From Paraspadella gotoi (Eukaryota; Animalia; Chaetognatha), in the NCBI GenBank assembly GCA_051294375.1, contig CM119266.1:12632979-12696978 (forward strand): a DNA stretch of 64,000 nt, written 5' to 3'. The translations under genes and the position numbers were made by a program. Within the stretch, counting starts at the first letter, position 1; each line of letters starts with the position of its first letter. Below are positions 1 through 12,530 of this stretch, in pieces. A model generated the notes under the pieces. It was not told where the DNA came from and did not search any database. It was given only the letters and a program-made list of their open reading frames with translations.

Positions 1-516
1 CCATTCTTACCTCAGCGTTTCCCTTCTGCCTGAAATTATCTCGAGAATAAACCGGGAGACGGCGAGAGAGTCAAATCCTCATGAATAAGAAATGAACTTC
101 AAGAATACGACAGAAAAGGCGCTCGCGTGTGATCGCGCTCATGCGCACACCTCGCACGCCGAATGACACGCGCGCACGCGCGGGGAGGGAGGGAACCGCG
201 ATTGCGTGCGACGTGCTAACGAAGAAGAAGACGGAGGTGAACGACCGAAAAAGGGAAGAGTAAACTTTGACGTTTTAAGAGTATTTAAATGTAACGTTTT
301 AAGCGATAAGTTTTTAGTTTTTTGATTTTAGTCAATGATAGTGTCAAAGTGTCAGTCGTTGGTAGAGGGCATGGATTTAAAAGGACGACGACGACGACGA
401 CGACCAAGACGACGACGACGACGACCGGGTCTCCGACGGATAACGACGTCGAATAACAACAAAAATGACCCACAGCCCCTCTCATGACCCAGCTCCTTCC
501 TGTCGTCTGAGAGGGT

Positions 517-554
<38 letters not shown>

Positions 555-1461
555 GAAATCCGTCAAAAAACCGGCGCCGTTTCAGTAAATTCCGTCTGAG
601 GTGAGGACCGAGGTGAGGTGAAGGGGTAATAGGAAAAGAGAAGAAGGTAAGATAATGTTAGGCAAGAAGGTAAGGTAAAAAAGTTAAGGTAAGTTAAGGA
701 GTTTTACGTCGAGAGAGATAAGAAAAAAAAAAATCACTAAAAAAAAAAGTAAAATTCCGACCGCGAGAAATTATTGACTCCGATGGTCAACGCTGATCTT
801 CATTTTTGGATAGGGATGCATAGGGAGGGCTCTTACAAGAAGAGCGAGGGGTGAGAGAAAATTAGGAGGGCGTCTGGAAATCGAAAGAGAAGAGGTGGAG
901 GGAGAAAATGAAAGGTGTGGGTGGGGGGGATCGAAGTGAGGAAGAGGAAGGTTGGGGTGAAATGTTAGAAAGCGGGGAAAAATGAGCCAGGGAATTTGGA
1001 AAACGGAAAACGAAGGTTAGAACTTAATAATACAGACGTTATATAATGAAAGTCTTATTAACGACTTGATTCTGGGATTTTTTTTTTCTTCTGTTCAATC
1101 GAGAATGAATTTCTAAGAAAAGAGCGAAAAGGATTTGCTTGGCGAAGGAGCTGACTTGTTTTGGGAAGAGAAGGGATCGTTTCGCGAGCGGGAAAGGAGA
1201 AAGGGGGTGTGTTCTGACGTCTAGGGGGGCGTAAGGGGGAAACTTTTTTGGAAAAACATTAAAGGACCATTAGCCGAAGCGACGAAGGCAACGGATAATC
1301 CACCCCGACCCTAACCGCAAGGCACATTGGGCGACGACGACGACGACGGACGATGACGAAGACGACGACGCGACGAAGAACTTAACTCCCCTTCGAAATC
1401 GAATTTGTTGTCAAAAAGTTGCGCCGAGGAATTTTCGCGACCTCCGGACGAGAGCGGGACG

Positions 1462-1694
1462 AAGAGAGATGAGAGAGAGAGAGATGAGAGGAGAGAGAGA
1501 GAGAGAGAGAGAGACGAGAGAGACGAGAGAGAGAGAGAGAGAGAGGAGACTGTTTACTTCGGTGAAAGAGAGGGCCACAATCTTTTGTGGAAAGAACTCG
1601 GAGCAGAAGGAATGACGATAAGAGAAAGAGAGGAGAGAGAGATGAGAGAGATGAAGATTAAAGAGTCGAGAGTGAGAGAGCGAATGAGAGAGAG

Positions 1695-1753
<59 letters not shown>

Positions 1754-1770
1754 AGAGAGGAGAAAGAGAG
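1462..1770. repeat. (GA)n microsatellite field, representative of dozens of GA/CT tracts in the window
   Basis: Direct reading; source of the ERERER and LSLSLS ORFs. Confidence 0.95.
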
Positions 1771-1919
1771 ATGGCAGTGAGAGAAACGAACCTTTTTCCC
1801 GTGTTAACTCCTCTTTCTTCGCGATAACATTAAGTTCGCCCACGATTATTCCCTCAACCCAAACCTAAACCACCCTAATCAAGTAATGTGCATCCCCACC
1901 CACCCCCCAACTCCTCCAG

Positions 1920-2480
1920 TCGACGCCCTTCCGTCCGCTCCGACGCCACCTTCGCCACCTTCCGGCCTCCAGGGAGTCGCCCCCGTCTCTCGCGACGCGC
2001 GTCGACGACTGGAAGATCAGTTGGAGCTCATTTCCGGTCTCAACGGCGTCGGTCGGCGTCGGCGGCGGCGGCGGCGGCGTCGGCGAGCGGCGCACGCGCC
2101 TCTATCGAGGGTCAGACGCCGACGGAGACGTCGACCGACTCTGGATGCAAACAAGGAGGTGATTTGGGGGGAGATGCAAACAGGGTACAGGTGACTGTTG
2201 ATTGTTGTAACTGTTTTTTTTTTTTGGTTGTTTTTTTTTTCAGAAAACTTCTGTTCGAGCGTACATTAAATATTTCAGAAATTCCTTAAAAATTTATACT
2301 GACGCCATAAACAATTCTGGCAAATGAGAAATTTCTCAAAAAAACCGTCAATCAAAATGTCAAACTCAGATTTTTTAAATGTCGGAAATTAAAACGCCTA
2401 AGGAACCGTAAAACAATAGAGAAAAAAATGCTGAAATATTTTTCGCCTCCCGTTATTTTTTTTTTCAGTTTGGTTCTTAA

Positions 2481-2518
<38 letters not shown>

Positions 2519-5500
2519 TCTCTTTCTCTCGAAATTAAGAAAATCGCGGGAGATTTTTAACGTTCGTCGTAAAGGCGGAAGGATGGTGCGAGAAAGAAGG
2601 GGGGGAGCGATTTCAATCTGCGCACGCGCCCGTTTTTTTTTTCCCGCCAATTCTATTGTTCATTATTTCTTTATTCATTTCTTCCTCCATTTTCCACCAC
2701 CCACCCATCCCCACTTCCCACTTCCCACGCCACCCCCCCTTCAGGTGGCGAGACATCCAGTTCCTCCGAGGGCTACCACTCCGATGCCCCGCCGCCCCCG
2801 CTGGGCTCCTCTTCGTCGTCGTCGTCGCAACCCACCAGGGCCGTCGTGGCCGGGCAGCCCGGACATGCCGCCCTCGTCTGCGACCCTAATGCGGTCGCCA
2901 TGGCATCCCGAGTCGTCGGTGAGGAAGAAGAAGTGGAAGAATAAGAAGAGATCCGATCGGGGCGAATGAGAAATTCGATTAGAATTACCGCTGATAAATT
3001 AATTTTATGATTAAACCTATGATTGATGAATATAAAAATATCTTCCCTGAACAAAAATATTATTCGTTGCTCGTGGAAAAGAATGTTTATTTAAAAGATT
3101 CTGGTCGGTTAAAAAATTAATTTACTGTGAATTTAGCTTCAGAGATGCTTCATTGCGTTGAAACATAAAAATAAACGTTCTAAATGTTTATCTCCACTCT
3201 CCCTCATTTTTTTTTCTCTCTCTCTCTCCCTCTTACTGTCTCTCTCTGCGCAGGCGCGTCGCCGCTTTCGCTACGCACCACAAACCACAACCTCCTTTTT
3301 TACGACGCTCCCTCTGTGATAAACTCCGCCGCGGGCGCCGCCCTAGCGGCCAACGGCGTCATCCACGACCATAACGCCGTTTTATTGAAGGGGATTCCGC
3401 ATCCGGAAACCGGAGAAATGAACAAAGATATCGGTGGTGAGTTTCGAGAAGTTTTGATATCGAAATGAAGGATGAAGAAATGGCGTCCTTGAGGCAAAGA
3501 AACTTTATAAACCCGCCAGTTTTATGGGATTCTTTACAAACCACAACCCAACTAAGGGTGTAATTTTATTTTGCCCATGTTTTTAAAACATAAAATCTTC
3601 TTTGAAGGAATTTTAGAACAAAGAATCTTTTCCGAGAAAAGCTTACCCTTCCGTCCTTAGGGTTTAGTTTTTAAAATAGGAATTCTCCGACGGCGAAAGA
3701 CTTCGTCTCCAGCAGAGATCTTGAAATTTTGATGGAAACCGTCGGAGGCCAAGAAACTTATTTTAGGTTCCGATAAAAGATGCAAGAGTTTAATCCTCTC
3801 GCTCTCTATCGGAGTTCCCTCTCTCTCTCCCGCTCTCTCTTTTTCAATTGCCGTCCCCTCCCGATTATTTTCCGCAGACGATCCCCTGCAGCCCATGACC
3901 ATCACCCCCGACGGAATACCCCACGCTGCTCAAGACAGCCCTTTGATGCTTCGACCGGGCTCCGTGCCCGTTCCCGACCCTTTCCCGCCCCTGACGCCCC
4001 CTCTGGGAATGAGCCGACCGGGCTCGGTGCCCCCCGACGTCGTGCCTCGTCCGTCGCCCGGCAGAGACGCCGCGGACGGCGCGACGACGGCGCATTATTC
4101 GCTGCAGCGGCGGACGCCGGCGTATAGAGCCACGCCTTTTGCCTCGTTACAACGGTAATGCGGGAGAGGGTGGGGGGGAGTAATTAGATGGCACTGAGGG
4201 CGAAAAGTTGGATGGAAACAAAATTGAAAAGACAATGAATGACAATGACATTTTAGTGGGGTTTTTGTCTTCGTTAATGCAAGAAAAACGTTTCAAAAAA
4301 TGTTTATTATTCTTAAACATTTAATTAAAAATAAATATTTAATCTTCTAACCCCCACCTTTTCCGAACAGATCTTCCCGCACCCCCTCGCTGACGGAAGA
4401 GATGGACAACGACGACGACGACGCCTCCTCGACGCGCGACTCCAGCGTCCGGATGTACGAACAGGAGCGCGACCATCTCTACAACAACATCGTGGAGAGT
4501 CTTCGGGGCCTGGAGACGCTGAGGAAGCAAGTCCGAGAGGAACGCCTTGCTGCTAGTCTAGGGAGAACGCAAATCGCTGGACCAACAGGTTCGAGGCTTG
4601 TTAATTATTATTGTATATTATATATTGTTTTAAAAGGTTTTTTTTTCTCTTCTACCTCCCTTCAAACAGGCCCAAGGCGAAGCGGACAGCTCGAGACCGT
4701 CAAGCGGGCCCTTCATCCCCACCCGACCCGCGCAGCGCCCCCTCGACCCAAGCCCGGTCATTCAGCCCGCGCGGGCGCCGCCGACCCCCGGGCCGCCATC
4801 CTGGACCCTATAGCCAGCCTCCCTCTCGCCGGTCAAGCGGCGCCTCGTCTGCCGGAAACGCCGTCGCCCGGCGCCGCTAGTCTCCACTCCTCCTCTTCCC
4901 CCTCCCCCTCCTCCTCATCGATCTCGCCCAATCAGAATCGTCACGGCGTCACATTCGACGAAGCGGCGGCGGCGGCGAAACTCGCTCGCGCCAAAACCGT
5001 CGCCGCCGCCGCCGCCGGCGTCAAGAAACGAAGAACGCCGCGCGACGAGAGACGGTCCGGCGCCGAAAAAGCGCCGGTCGAGGACGCCGGCGTTGACGAT
5101 TTGCCGATTTCGTTGACCGGCGGAAAAGCGGCTGTGAAAACTCCCATCTCCATTTTGAAAAACGGCGGCGGCGGCGTCGGCGTCAAGGCCGCCTCCAGAG
5201 GCACCGCCAATGCCGGTCGCGTCGCCACCGAGTCGAAGACCCCGTCGAAATCCTTCAGCGCCGCCACCAGGTCGCCCAAGGCGAAACCGCGCGAGCGACG
5301 CGACGAAGACGACGACGATGAAGACGACGACGACGTCACGCGGTTCTTTATCTCCACGACGCCGACGACGACGACGGCGAAACCGGCGACGGCGACGATC
5401 CGATCGACGACGGGTGGCGTCGGCGGCGTCGCCTCCAGGACTCCCAGGAAAGACTCCAAATCAAAATCTTCCGAGGAGAGGGCGCGACTGATCGACGCCG

Positions 5501-5616
5501 TCTTTGACGAGACTCGTTCCGGCGCCAAGTCGCTTCCGGCGACAGATTCTCGGCGAAAGTCCGGAATCAAGGAAGGGGCGGAAATCTCGTCCGCTTCTCA
5601 AAAGACTCTTGGTTGA
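1920..5616 (+). CDS. Gene A: multi-exon gene for an S/P/A/R/T-rich, probably disordered protein of unknown family; 5' end unresolved. Exons 1920-2158, 2745-2918, 3254-3436, 3878-4154, 4371-4588, 4670-5616 (or to a donor near 5611).
   Basis: GC-rich blocks bounded by pyrimidine tract+AG and GT donors (GTGATT, GTGAGG, GTGAGT, GTAATG, GTTCGA). Intron phases 1,1,1,2,1 join into one open frame: ...SGCKQG|GGETSSSSEGYHSD...ASRVV|GASPLSLRTT...NKDIG|DDPLQPMTITPDG...ASLQ|RSSRTPSLTEEMDNDDD...AGPT|GPRRSGQL...QKTLG*. CTAAC branch-like motif near 4347. Confidence 0.8.
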
Positions 5617-5638
5617 CGATTTTTTTTTTTTTTTTTTT

Positions 5639-5663
5639 NNNNNNNNNNNNNNNNNNNNNNNNN
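5639..5663. other. Assembly gap of 25 N; same-size gaps at 16811-16835, 28999-29023, 34353-34377, 40968-40992, 54554-54578, 60253-60277
   Basis: All seven N runs counted as 25 nt. Confidence 0.98.
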
Positions 5664-5934
5664 GTTCTTTCCTTTAAATTTCCGCGCGGTTTTTTTAAAA
5701 CGTTTTATTTTCATTTTATTTTTAAAAGCGCTTCGTTGCTTGTCCAATTTATTAAATTTTTTTTCAAGAGTTCAAAAAAAAAAGAATCTTTACAAATACG
5801 AAAGCGGATATATTTTTTTCGCCCTTATACGAGAATTTATTTCCCTGCCCTTATTTTTGGCTGTTTATGGCGGATGATAAAAGCCTTAGAATATGTAACA
5901 AGGTACGCGTGCTTCGAAAGTTTCACCCTTCCTT

Positions 5935-6003
<69 letters not shown>

Positions 6004-6022
6004 TCTCTCTCTCTCTCTCGCT

Positions 6023-6071
<49 letters not shown>

Positions 6072-6492
6072 CCCGCCCAATATTTTTTACTTCTCCATCG
6101 TCAAAAAAAAAAGAAATTTTTACTGTTGATAGTTATTGTTATCCTGTTAATCATATCATAATAATCAAATGGAATGAGTTATTCCATCATTCGAATATGT
6201 ACGTGTACAGAAATTGTTATAAATTAGCACTTTAATCACAATATCATGTCGTAAAAATAAAATAGAAAACTTAATGGGTAACGCCAAACAGATTGTTTTT
6301 CTTTCCTCTCGCGGGGTTTCACGAAACCCTCATTGTTACAGTAAACGAGTTTAGTTGCCTCAGCCGACTCGAGAAGCGATGAATGGGAAAAAGTTTTAGA
6401 GGCAACAACTCGGTCTCACTTCTTTTTTTTTTGGAGGGGGGGTTCAGCACTGGGGTTCAAAGAAGGGTTGCTACCCATGTTGTTATCTTCGG

Positions 6493-6575
<83 letters not shown>

Positions 6576-9449
6576 GAGAGAAGAGAGAGAGAGGTAAACG
6601 AGTAAAGAAAAAGAACAAAATAAAAGAAAGAAAACGAAAAAAGAAAAGAATACAAAGAGGAAAACCAACAGAAAACAATAGACAAGAAAATATCCACAAA
6701 AAGTTATTCGTATTTGTCGCGACGTGCCGAACGACAGACGGCGATCGAAAACAATATCGCGCCATAAAAAACAAAAAAAAACCATAGTTGGACCATAGTA
6801 TGAGCCCATAGTGGGATGATCAAGTGGCAAAATGAGTTTTGGAAAAAAAAAACTGTGTCCGAAATTCCCTGGAACCTCGACGCGGGGATTCTGAATTCTT
6901 TTTCGGCTACGAAGCGAAAAAAAAGTGCAGTAAACAAATGTTCGCGTTTTCTCTCTTTTTGTTTCCATGGGTAACTTTTTGGGCGGTCTTTTATATTCTG
7001 ATCTTTTACTTGAAAAAGTAAAAAAAGAAAACATGGAAATACAAATACTAGAAAGACAAGAGCGAAGCGGGAAAAAGAAGGAGAGAAAAAAAAGAAGAAA
7101 TATAGTAGAAGAGGAGAAAAGCGGGAGAAGGCCAGGGAGCGATGATATCTCCAGATAAAAGAACTCTTTTTTTTCCCCTCGAGACACGAAGACATGATGT
7201 CCTGGCTAAATTTCGTACGGAAGTTGAGCTCTGAGGATCTTCTTCCGAATAGTCGCGCTCGGAATTCATGGAGCCGTGTCATGATACAGAATGTATTACG
7301 ATTAGTGCTATGTGTTAAAATTTCATGTTACAATTATTTAAGCGATAGTGCTTATGTCGTTTAAATATGATTACAATGATTATATCAATCGTTATTTGAT
7401 ACAAAGAATAGATAGTGCTAATGTGTTAAAATTCTCCGATTACAAAAGTGATTAACGCATTAAGTGGCTATATGTGTTAAATTCGAGAATTATTCTACTC
7501 ATCGAACAACCAACCCTCCCCTCTAAAAATACTTCCAACTTCTTAACGTCGAATGTTTGCCCAATTTTCGCTCTGCTATGTTTACCTTTGGCCGCGTTCC
7601 GCCCTCAGATCGTCACTACCCGCGTATTTCCACTATTCTCGCTCGAGCTTTATTTCGCTTTTAACACCCCCCCCGTCAAACCCTTCGGGCCCCTTTCTAC
7701 TCCTCCTCAGCGCTGGCTCTGATTTCCATTTCACCCCTCCCTTTCCCTCACGCGCCCCCAAAACTCCGACTCAGACCGGCCCGTCTTGCTCTTTTGTTTT
7801 CTTTCACTTATCCCGACATATATTTCCCTTCTTTTTTTTTTCTGCCTTCCGGGGGTTTCGCCGTTTCCATGACGACCCCGGATAGGACAAGAACGTTTTC
7901 GATATTTGGAGTCGCGTCGCTCTTCTTGTGTGTTTATTTGGTCAATAATACGTAAGAACGTAAAGGCGGTGACGCGACTTAATCAGAGGCGACCTGATTA
8001 CGCAAAAAAAAGGCGAACAAGGTAAGTGGGCTGCCGCGGCGTTGAATGGTTTTGTGCATCTGACGCGGAATTGAGCCTTATCTTTGGCTGTCCGACAAGA
8101 ATTATCCCGAAATCAGGGCGTCAATTTGACACAAATATATATCGGCTGTCATTAATTAAGAGAAAATCAGAATTAAGTCGTAAACACATCAGGGGGAGAA
8201 AGAAAATATATAAATAAAAAAATGGTATGGACGGCTCAGAGGGACAGAGAGGAAGGAAGGGAGGGAAGGAACGAAGGAACGAAAAGGAACGAAGAACGAA
8301 AGAACGAAACGAAAGAACGACGACAACGAACGACGAACGAAAAGTGACAATCCATAAAGTAGTTCGTCCTGTCCTTATAAATATGAATCTCGACAGGAGA
8401 TTGCAAGAGGTCGCCCTTGACTCTCGACTTTGGCGGCGCCGTATCAGCAACGGCGTGGACGCCGGCTATCACGTTGGGGCAAAGCCCCGCGGCGCCAGAC
8501 GACGCGGCCCCTCCGAACCGGTTAGTGGAGCGCCGACGTCCGAGTACGGATGCTATCACCCGGAGATGATTTACTTGACGTCGTTGGCCTCCGCATTAGA
8601 GGAATGGATCTACTTCTCTGCTCTTCTCTCTCTACTCTCTCTCGCATCTCTCTCATCTCTCTACTCCCTCTCTCTCTCTCTCTCTCTCTCCTCTCTCTCC
8701 TCTCTCTCTCTTTCTCCCAATGGCGAATCGGCCATTGGTTCGTTTTGAGAGAGTCCGGCTGGACGGAACGTCAATGAAGAGGTCTTCGTATAAGAGGAGA
8801 GGCCATGATTGGTCAAATTACGGAACGGTCGAACCGAATCGGCCGGCTTTTCGCGGGTCTTTTTTTCGTGCCGAGCAAGTCGAAATGGAGATTAATCTGG
8901 GGAAGGGAAGGGAGAGGAAAGGAGAGGGAAATTGGAGAGGCAAAGAAAAGTGAAGAGAGAGAGACAGAGAGAGAGAGAAGAGAGAGAGAGCGAGAGAGAG
9001 AGAGAGAGAGAGAGAGTAGAGAGAGAGAGAGAAGAGAAGAGAGAGAGAGCCTGGCCGGCGGGAGAAAAATGGAAGATCGACAACAAAATTGTTGGACGAG
9101 AACCCGAGGAAAAACCGTTGGTGAAAAAAATGGGAGTCAGGAAAACTGGAAAAGCTTCTTCTGGACTGGATAGTGTAGCTTTTTCTTCAGAAAGAATAAA
9201 AAGACTGTTTATTTATTTATTTATTAAAAACGGTATGAATTGAATGGACTTGATCTTTTTGTTATTCTTTAATTAGGATGACGTAAAATATATGTAGATA
9301 CAATCGAAAATTGCCCAATTTTTAATTTTAAATTAAAATTTAAAAAATACAAGATAAAAACAATATTGAATCGGAAAAAAAACTGAAATGAGAATTGTTA
9401 TTTATGCAGATTACGAGGCCGAATGATTGGAAATCTGCACGAGAGAGAG

Positions 9450-9500
<51 letters not shown>

Positions 9501-10339
9501 CGAGAGAGAGATGAGAGAGATAGGAGACAATGAGAGAATAGAGGAATAAAAGGCGGAGAAAAATGAATCGGAGTTCATTTCACTGGAAAAGACGCGGAGC
9601 TTTCTCGCGCTTCAATGGAGCAAAGTGGGACTGGGGATCATGAGAGGCAGGAAGAGGCCCCACAATGGTCTCGGACACATGTAATAAGTCCACAGTGGTT
9701 TAGCGGAAAGTTAAGTTATTTGTTCAACGGCGTGTTCAATAGATTGCTCTGCGCACACTGAGCTAAATAAGAATGTTCTAAAGAAAATGCCAAGAAAGAA
9801 TATCCGTTAATGAAAAAGAGGCGAAAAATATTGGAAAGCCATCGATCTGTTGTTGAGGTTTGGTACGTGGCCTTTTCTTTCTAAATAAAATAGTTAAAGT
9901 AGCCGAGTCGTGACTGCGGAAAATGGTTTCGTAAAAGAGTAAGGAGGGAAAAAGGAGAACAAGGAAGAAAGAAGAAAGAAAAAACGGGGGAATTAGAGAA
10001 AAATAGAAAGGGTCGTAAAATGAGGTGGCTGAAGTTGTGGTTGTGGAGGAAGCGAGGGTAGCAGGGTCGGGCAGCGAAGGAAACATGGGTGAGAGGAAGA
10101 GAGGAAAGAAGGAAGACGAGAGGGAGATGCTGGTAAGTGGCGTAGTAGCAAAGAAGAAGACTATTAGATAGAGAAAAGGAAAAAGACAAAATTAAAAAAA
10201 ACTAGGCTATTGCTCCAATAGAAAAGAGAAAAAGAAAACTAGTAGATTATTGAACGCAGTAGAGACAAAGATGTGACACGTCTAAGGAAACAAAGAAAGA
10301 ACCGGTCGAGGGTAAGGGCAGCGAAAGAGGAACGGAGGG

Positions 10340-11244
10340 GAGGAGTCGGATTATAGCCCGAGAATCGCATCGGGAATTGCCTTTTTTATTCGCCCATAAA
10401 AGGGTGAACGGCGCGCCCCGAAAAAATGGCCCCCCTAAGCGTCGGTACAGGGATCATTACTTATAAGATAGCTAAAGAGGCAATAAAGTATTGAGCACGC
10501 CGGAGAGGAGAGACGTAGAGAGGAGGGAGAGAGAGAGAAGAGAGAGAGGAGAAGAGGGAGAGCACGAGAAGAGAGAAGAGGTAGAAGAGAATGAGAGAGA
10601 GACGAGGAGAGAGAGAGGAGAGAGAGAGCAGAGATTTACTCAATTAATTTTACCGCGCACAATGAAATGGATATGGGGCGGTGAAAGTCGATCAGACGTA
10701 GCACGTATCAAGGTATGATGAAAGCAACGGGAGCGCAGATTGCTAGTCGGGAGACGATTCCCATCAAGAAAGGGATAAAAAATAACTTCAATATTCTTCT
10801 TCCGGGATCCGAGGACGTCGTTTCGAGAATCCAAGGCCTATCTCTTTTTCTTTTCTTATTTTTTAATGGGGAGAAATAATGGGGGGACCAAAATTTAATC
10901 AAATGTAATCGTCAGGCATATATGAAGTAATTTTTAAATATATCTTTTTTCTCCGTTTAAGTCTTCACTCTGATTGTTGATTTGTTTTCTGTACGATTAA
11001 GCGACGCCTTGTTGTTTCTTATCCTTCTTCTCTGCACTCGTTCACTTTATGTTCATTTGTTGAGATTCCATACTCTCATCACGGGTTTGGAATAGCCGCG
11101 CGGTAGAGGCGCATGTATTCTGTCTGTTCTCACCGGGCAATTTTTTATTTGTTTTTTTTTTCGTTGTTCGCCATTTCATCCATCACATATTTCTGTTTGT
11201 CATGTCTTGTAGATGAATCACTGGAAAAGCCTTTTCGTTAGAGA

Positions 11245-11313
<69 letters not shown>

Positions 11314-11601
11314 TGAGAAGAAGAGAGAGGAAGAAATTCGATATAGATTAGAAATGTAAATTGAGAGAAGCGTTTCCTAGTTGTCAATGCGGTTGCTTTT
11401 CTTTCCTTGTTCGATTTAGACTCTATTCAATAAACTTAATTTACGGTCAATTGTAAATACTTTGTGAAGCTAACTGACATTAATTACAAATGGGAAGACG
11501 TTGTGAGAACTGCAAAGCTATTCTCTTCTCTTCTCTGCTCCTCTCCTCTCTCTTCTTCTTCTGTCTCTCACTCTCTCTCTCTCTTCCTCTCTCTCTCTTC
11601 T

Positions 11602-11633
<32 letters not shown>

Positions 11634-12530
11634 CTCTTCACCTCACAGATCACGAATTTACGACACCTTCTGCCGGCGGCGTCTTCTGTCCAGACGCTCG
11701 TTGAATCAGCCGCACAGGACGTCATTAGTCCTCTTCCTGTTCTCCTCGACGACTGGCAATGACGTCATAGCCGTTAAACGGGAGACGCATGATCGTGCCA
11801 TGGAATGAAATTAACGTAGTCTGACGCGTCAAAAAAAATTTTCCATATCTCCGTTTTCGAGAGAGACTCGAGGAGGGGTTCTGTCCCGCTTTCTTCCCTC
11901 CTCCCCCGCATGGCCAGGCCCCCCCTCCCCCCCTCCCACCATCCGCCCCTCCTCCATTCTCTTTGCTTCTTTTTTGAAAAAGGAAAAAAAATATGTGGTC
12001 GTCTTTGACATTTGACATTCATATGCACAAGTTTTAAACGGGATGGAAATTCTGTCTACTGGCGGGACTTCTCCTCTGTTTCCCCTTTTTTGAAAAAGCA
12101 AACGAAGCGTTGTGCTAAATAAACTCGAAACCGGTAGGTCTCATTCGTTGTGGATGGAAAAGTATTGATGATATCTTTCATATTCTAATTAAAATTGAAA
12201 TAACGTAACAGAAATTCTGAACAAGCTATTCAACCATAATAACATATGGATTGAGAAGTTTAAAAATATCATTTTTTTATACGTTTCAGCTAACTAAAAT
12301 TTAATTTTATAACGACATAAACATTCTTCGGGTGATAAAACTAGTATGTAAACGAAACGAATCAGCTGACACCTTACTTTCTAGTCTTCCTCCGACAATA
12401 AAGAATCAGACGCAAACGATTCAAATACCATTTCGCGTGAGCTCGTCATCGTGTCGGTCGTCACGTCGTCTCGTCGTCGTGTCGTTGCGCTCAACCCTAA
12501 CGCGCGCCACTAGGAGAGACCCATTGAAAT
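10340..12530 (-). CDS. Possible further multi-exon gene; exon-like blocks near 12430-12530, 11640-11800, 10995-11220, 10650-10835, 10350-10470; structure unresolved
   Basis: Complex-sequence blocks between microsatellites with splice-like ends. The consensus of the 11.0-11.2 kb block reads roughly MDEMANNEKKIKKLPVRT..YMRLYRAAIPN...IQQMNIKSNEAEKDKKQGVLN. All three copies are noisy. Confidence 0.25.

Noticed and set aside
1405-1827. ERERER, LSLSLS, poly-F, poly-Y and poly-V ORFs throughout the track
   Set aside because: Translations of (GA)n, poly-T, (ATT)n and (GTY)n repeats, open only because the repeats lack stops.
1850-1880. CCCTAA-like motifs suggesting telomeric repeats
   Set aside because: Isolated and degenerate; they sit where a branch point is expected before the acceptor at 1920.
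4941-5570. 209-aa antisense ORF over gene A, and similar antisense ORFs over genes B and C
   Set aside because: Shadow frames of GC-rich coding sequence, with no splice support on that strand.
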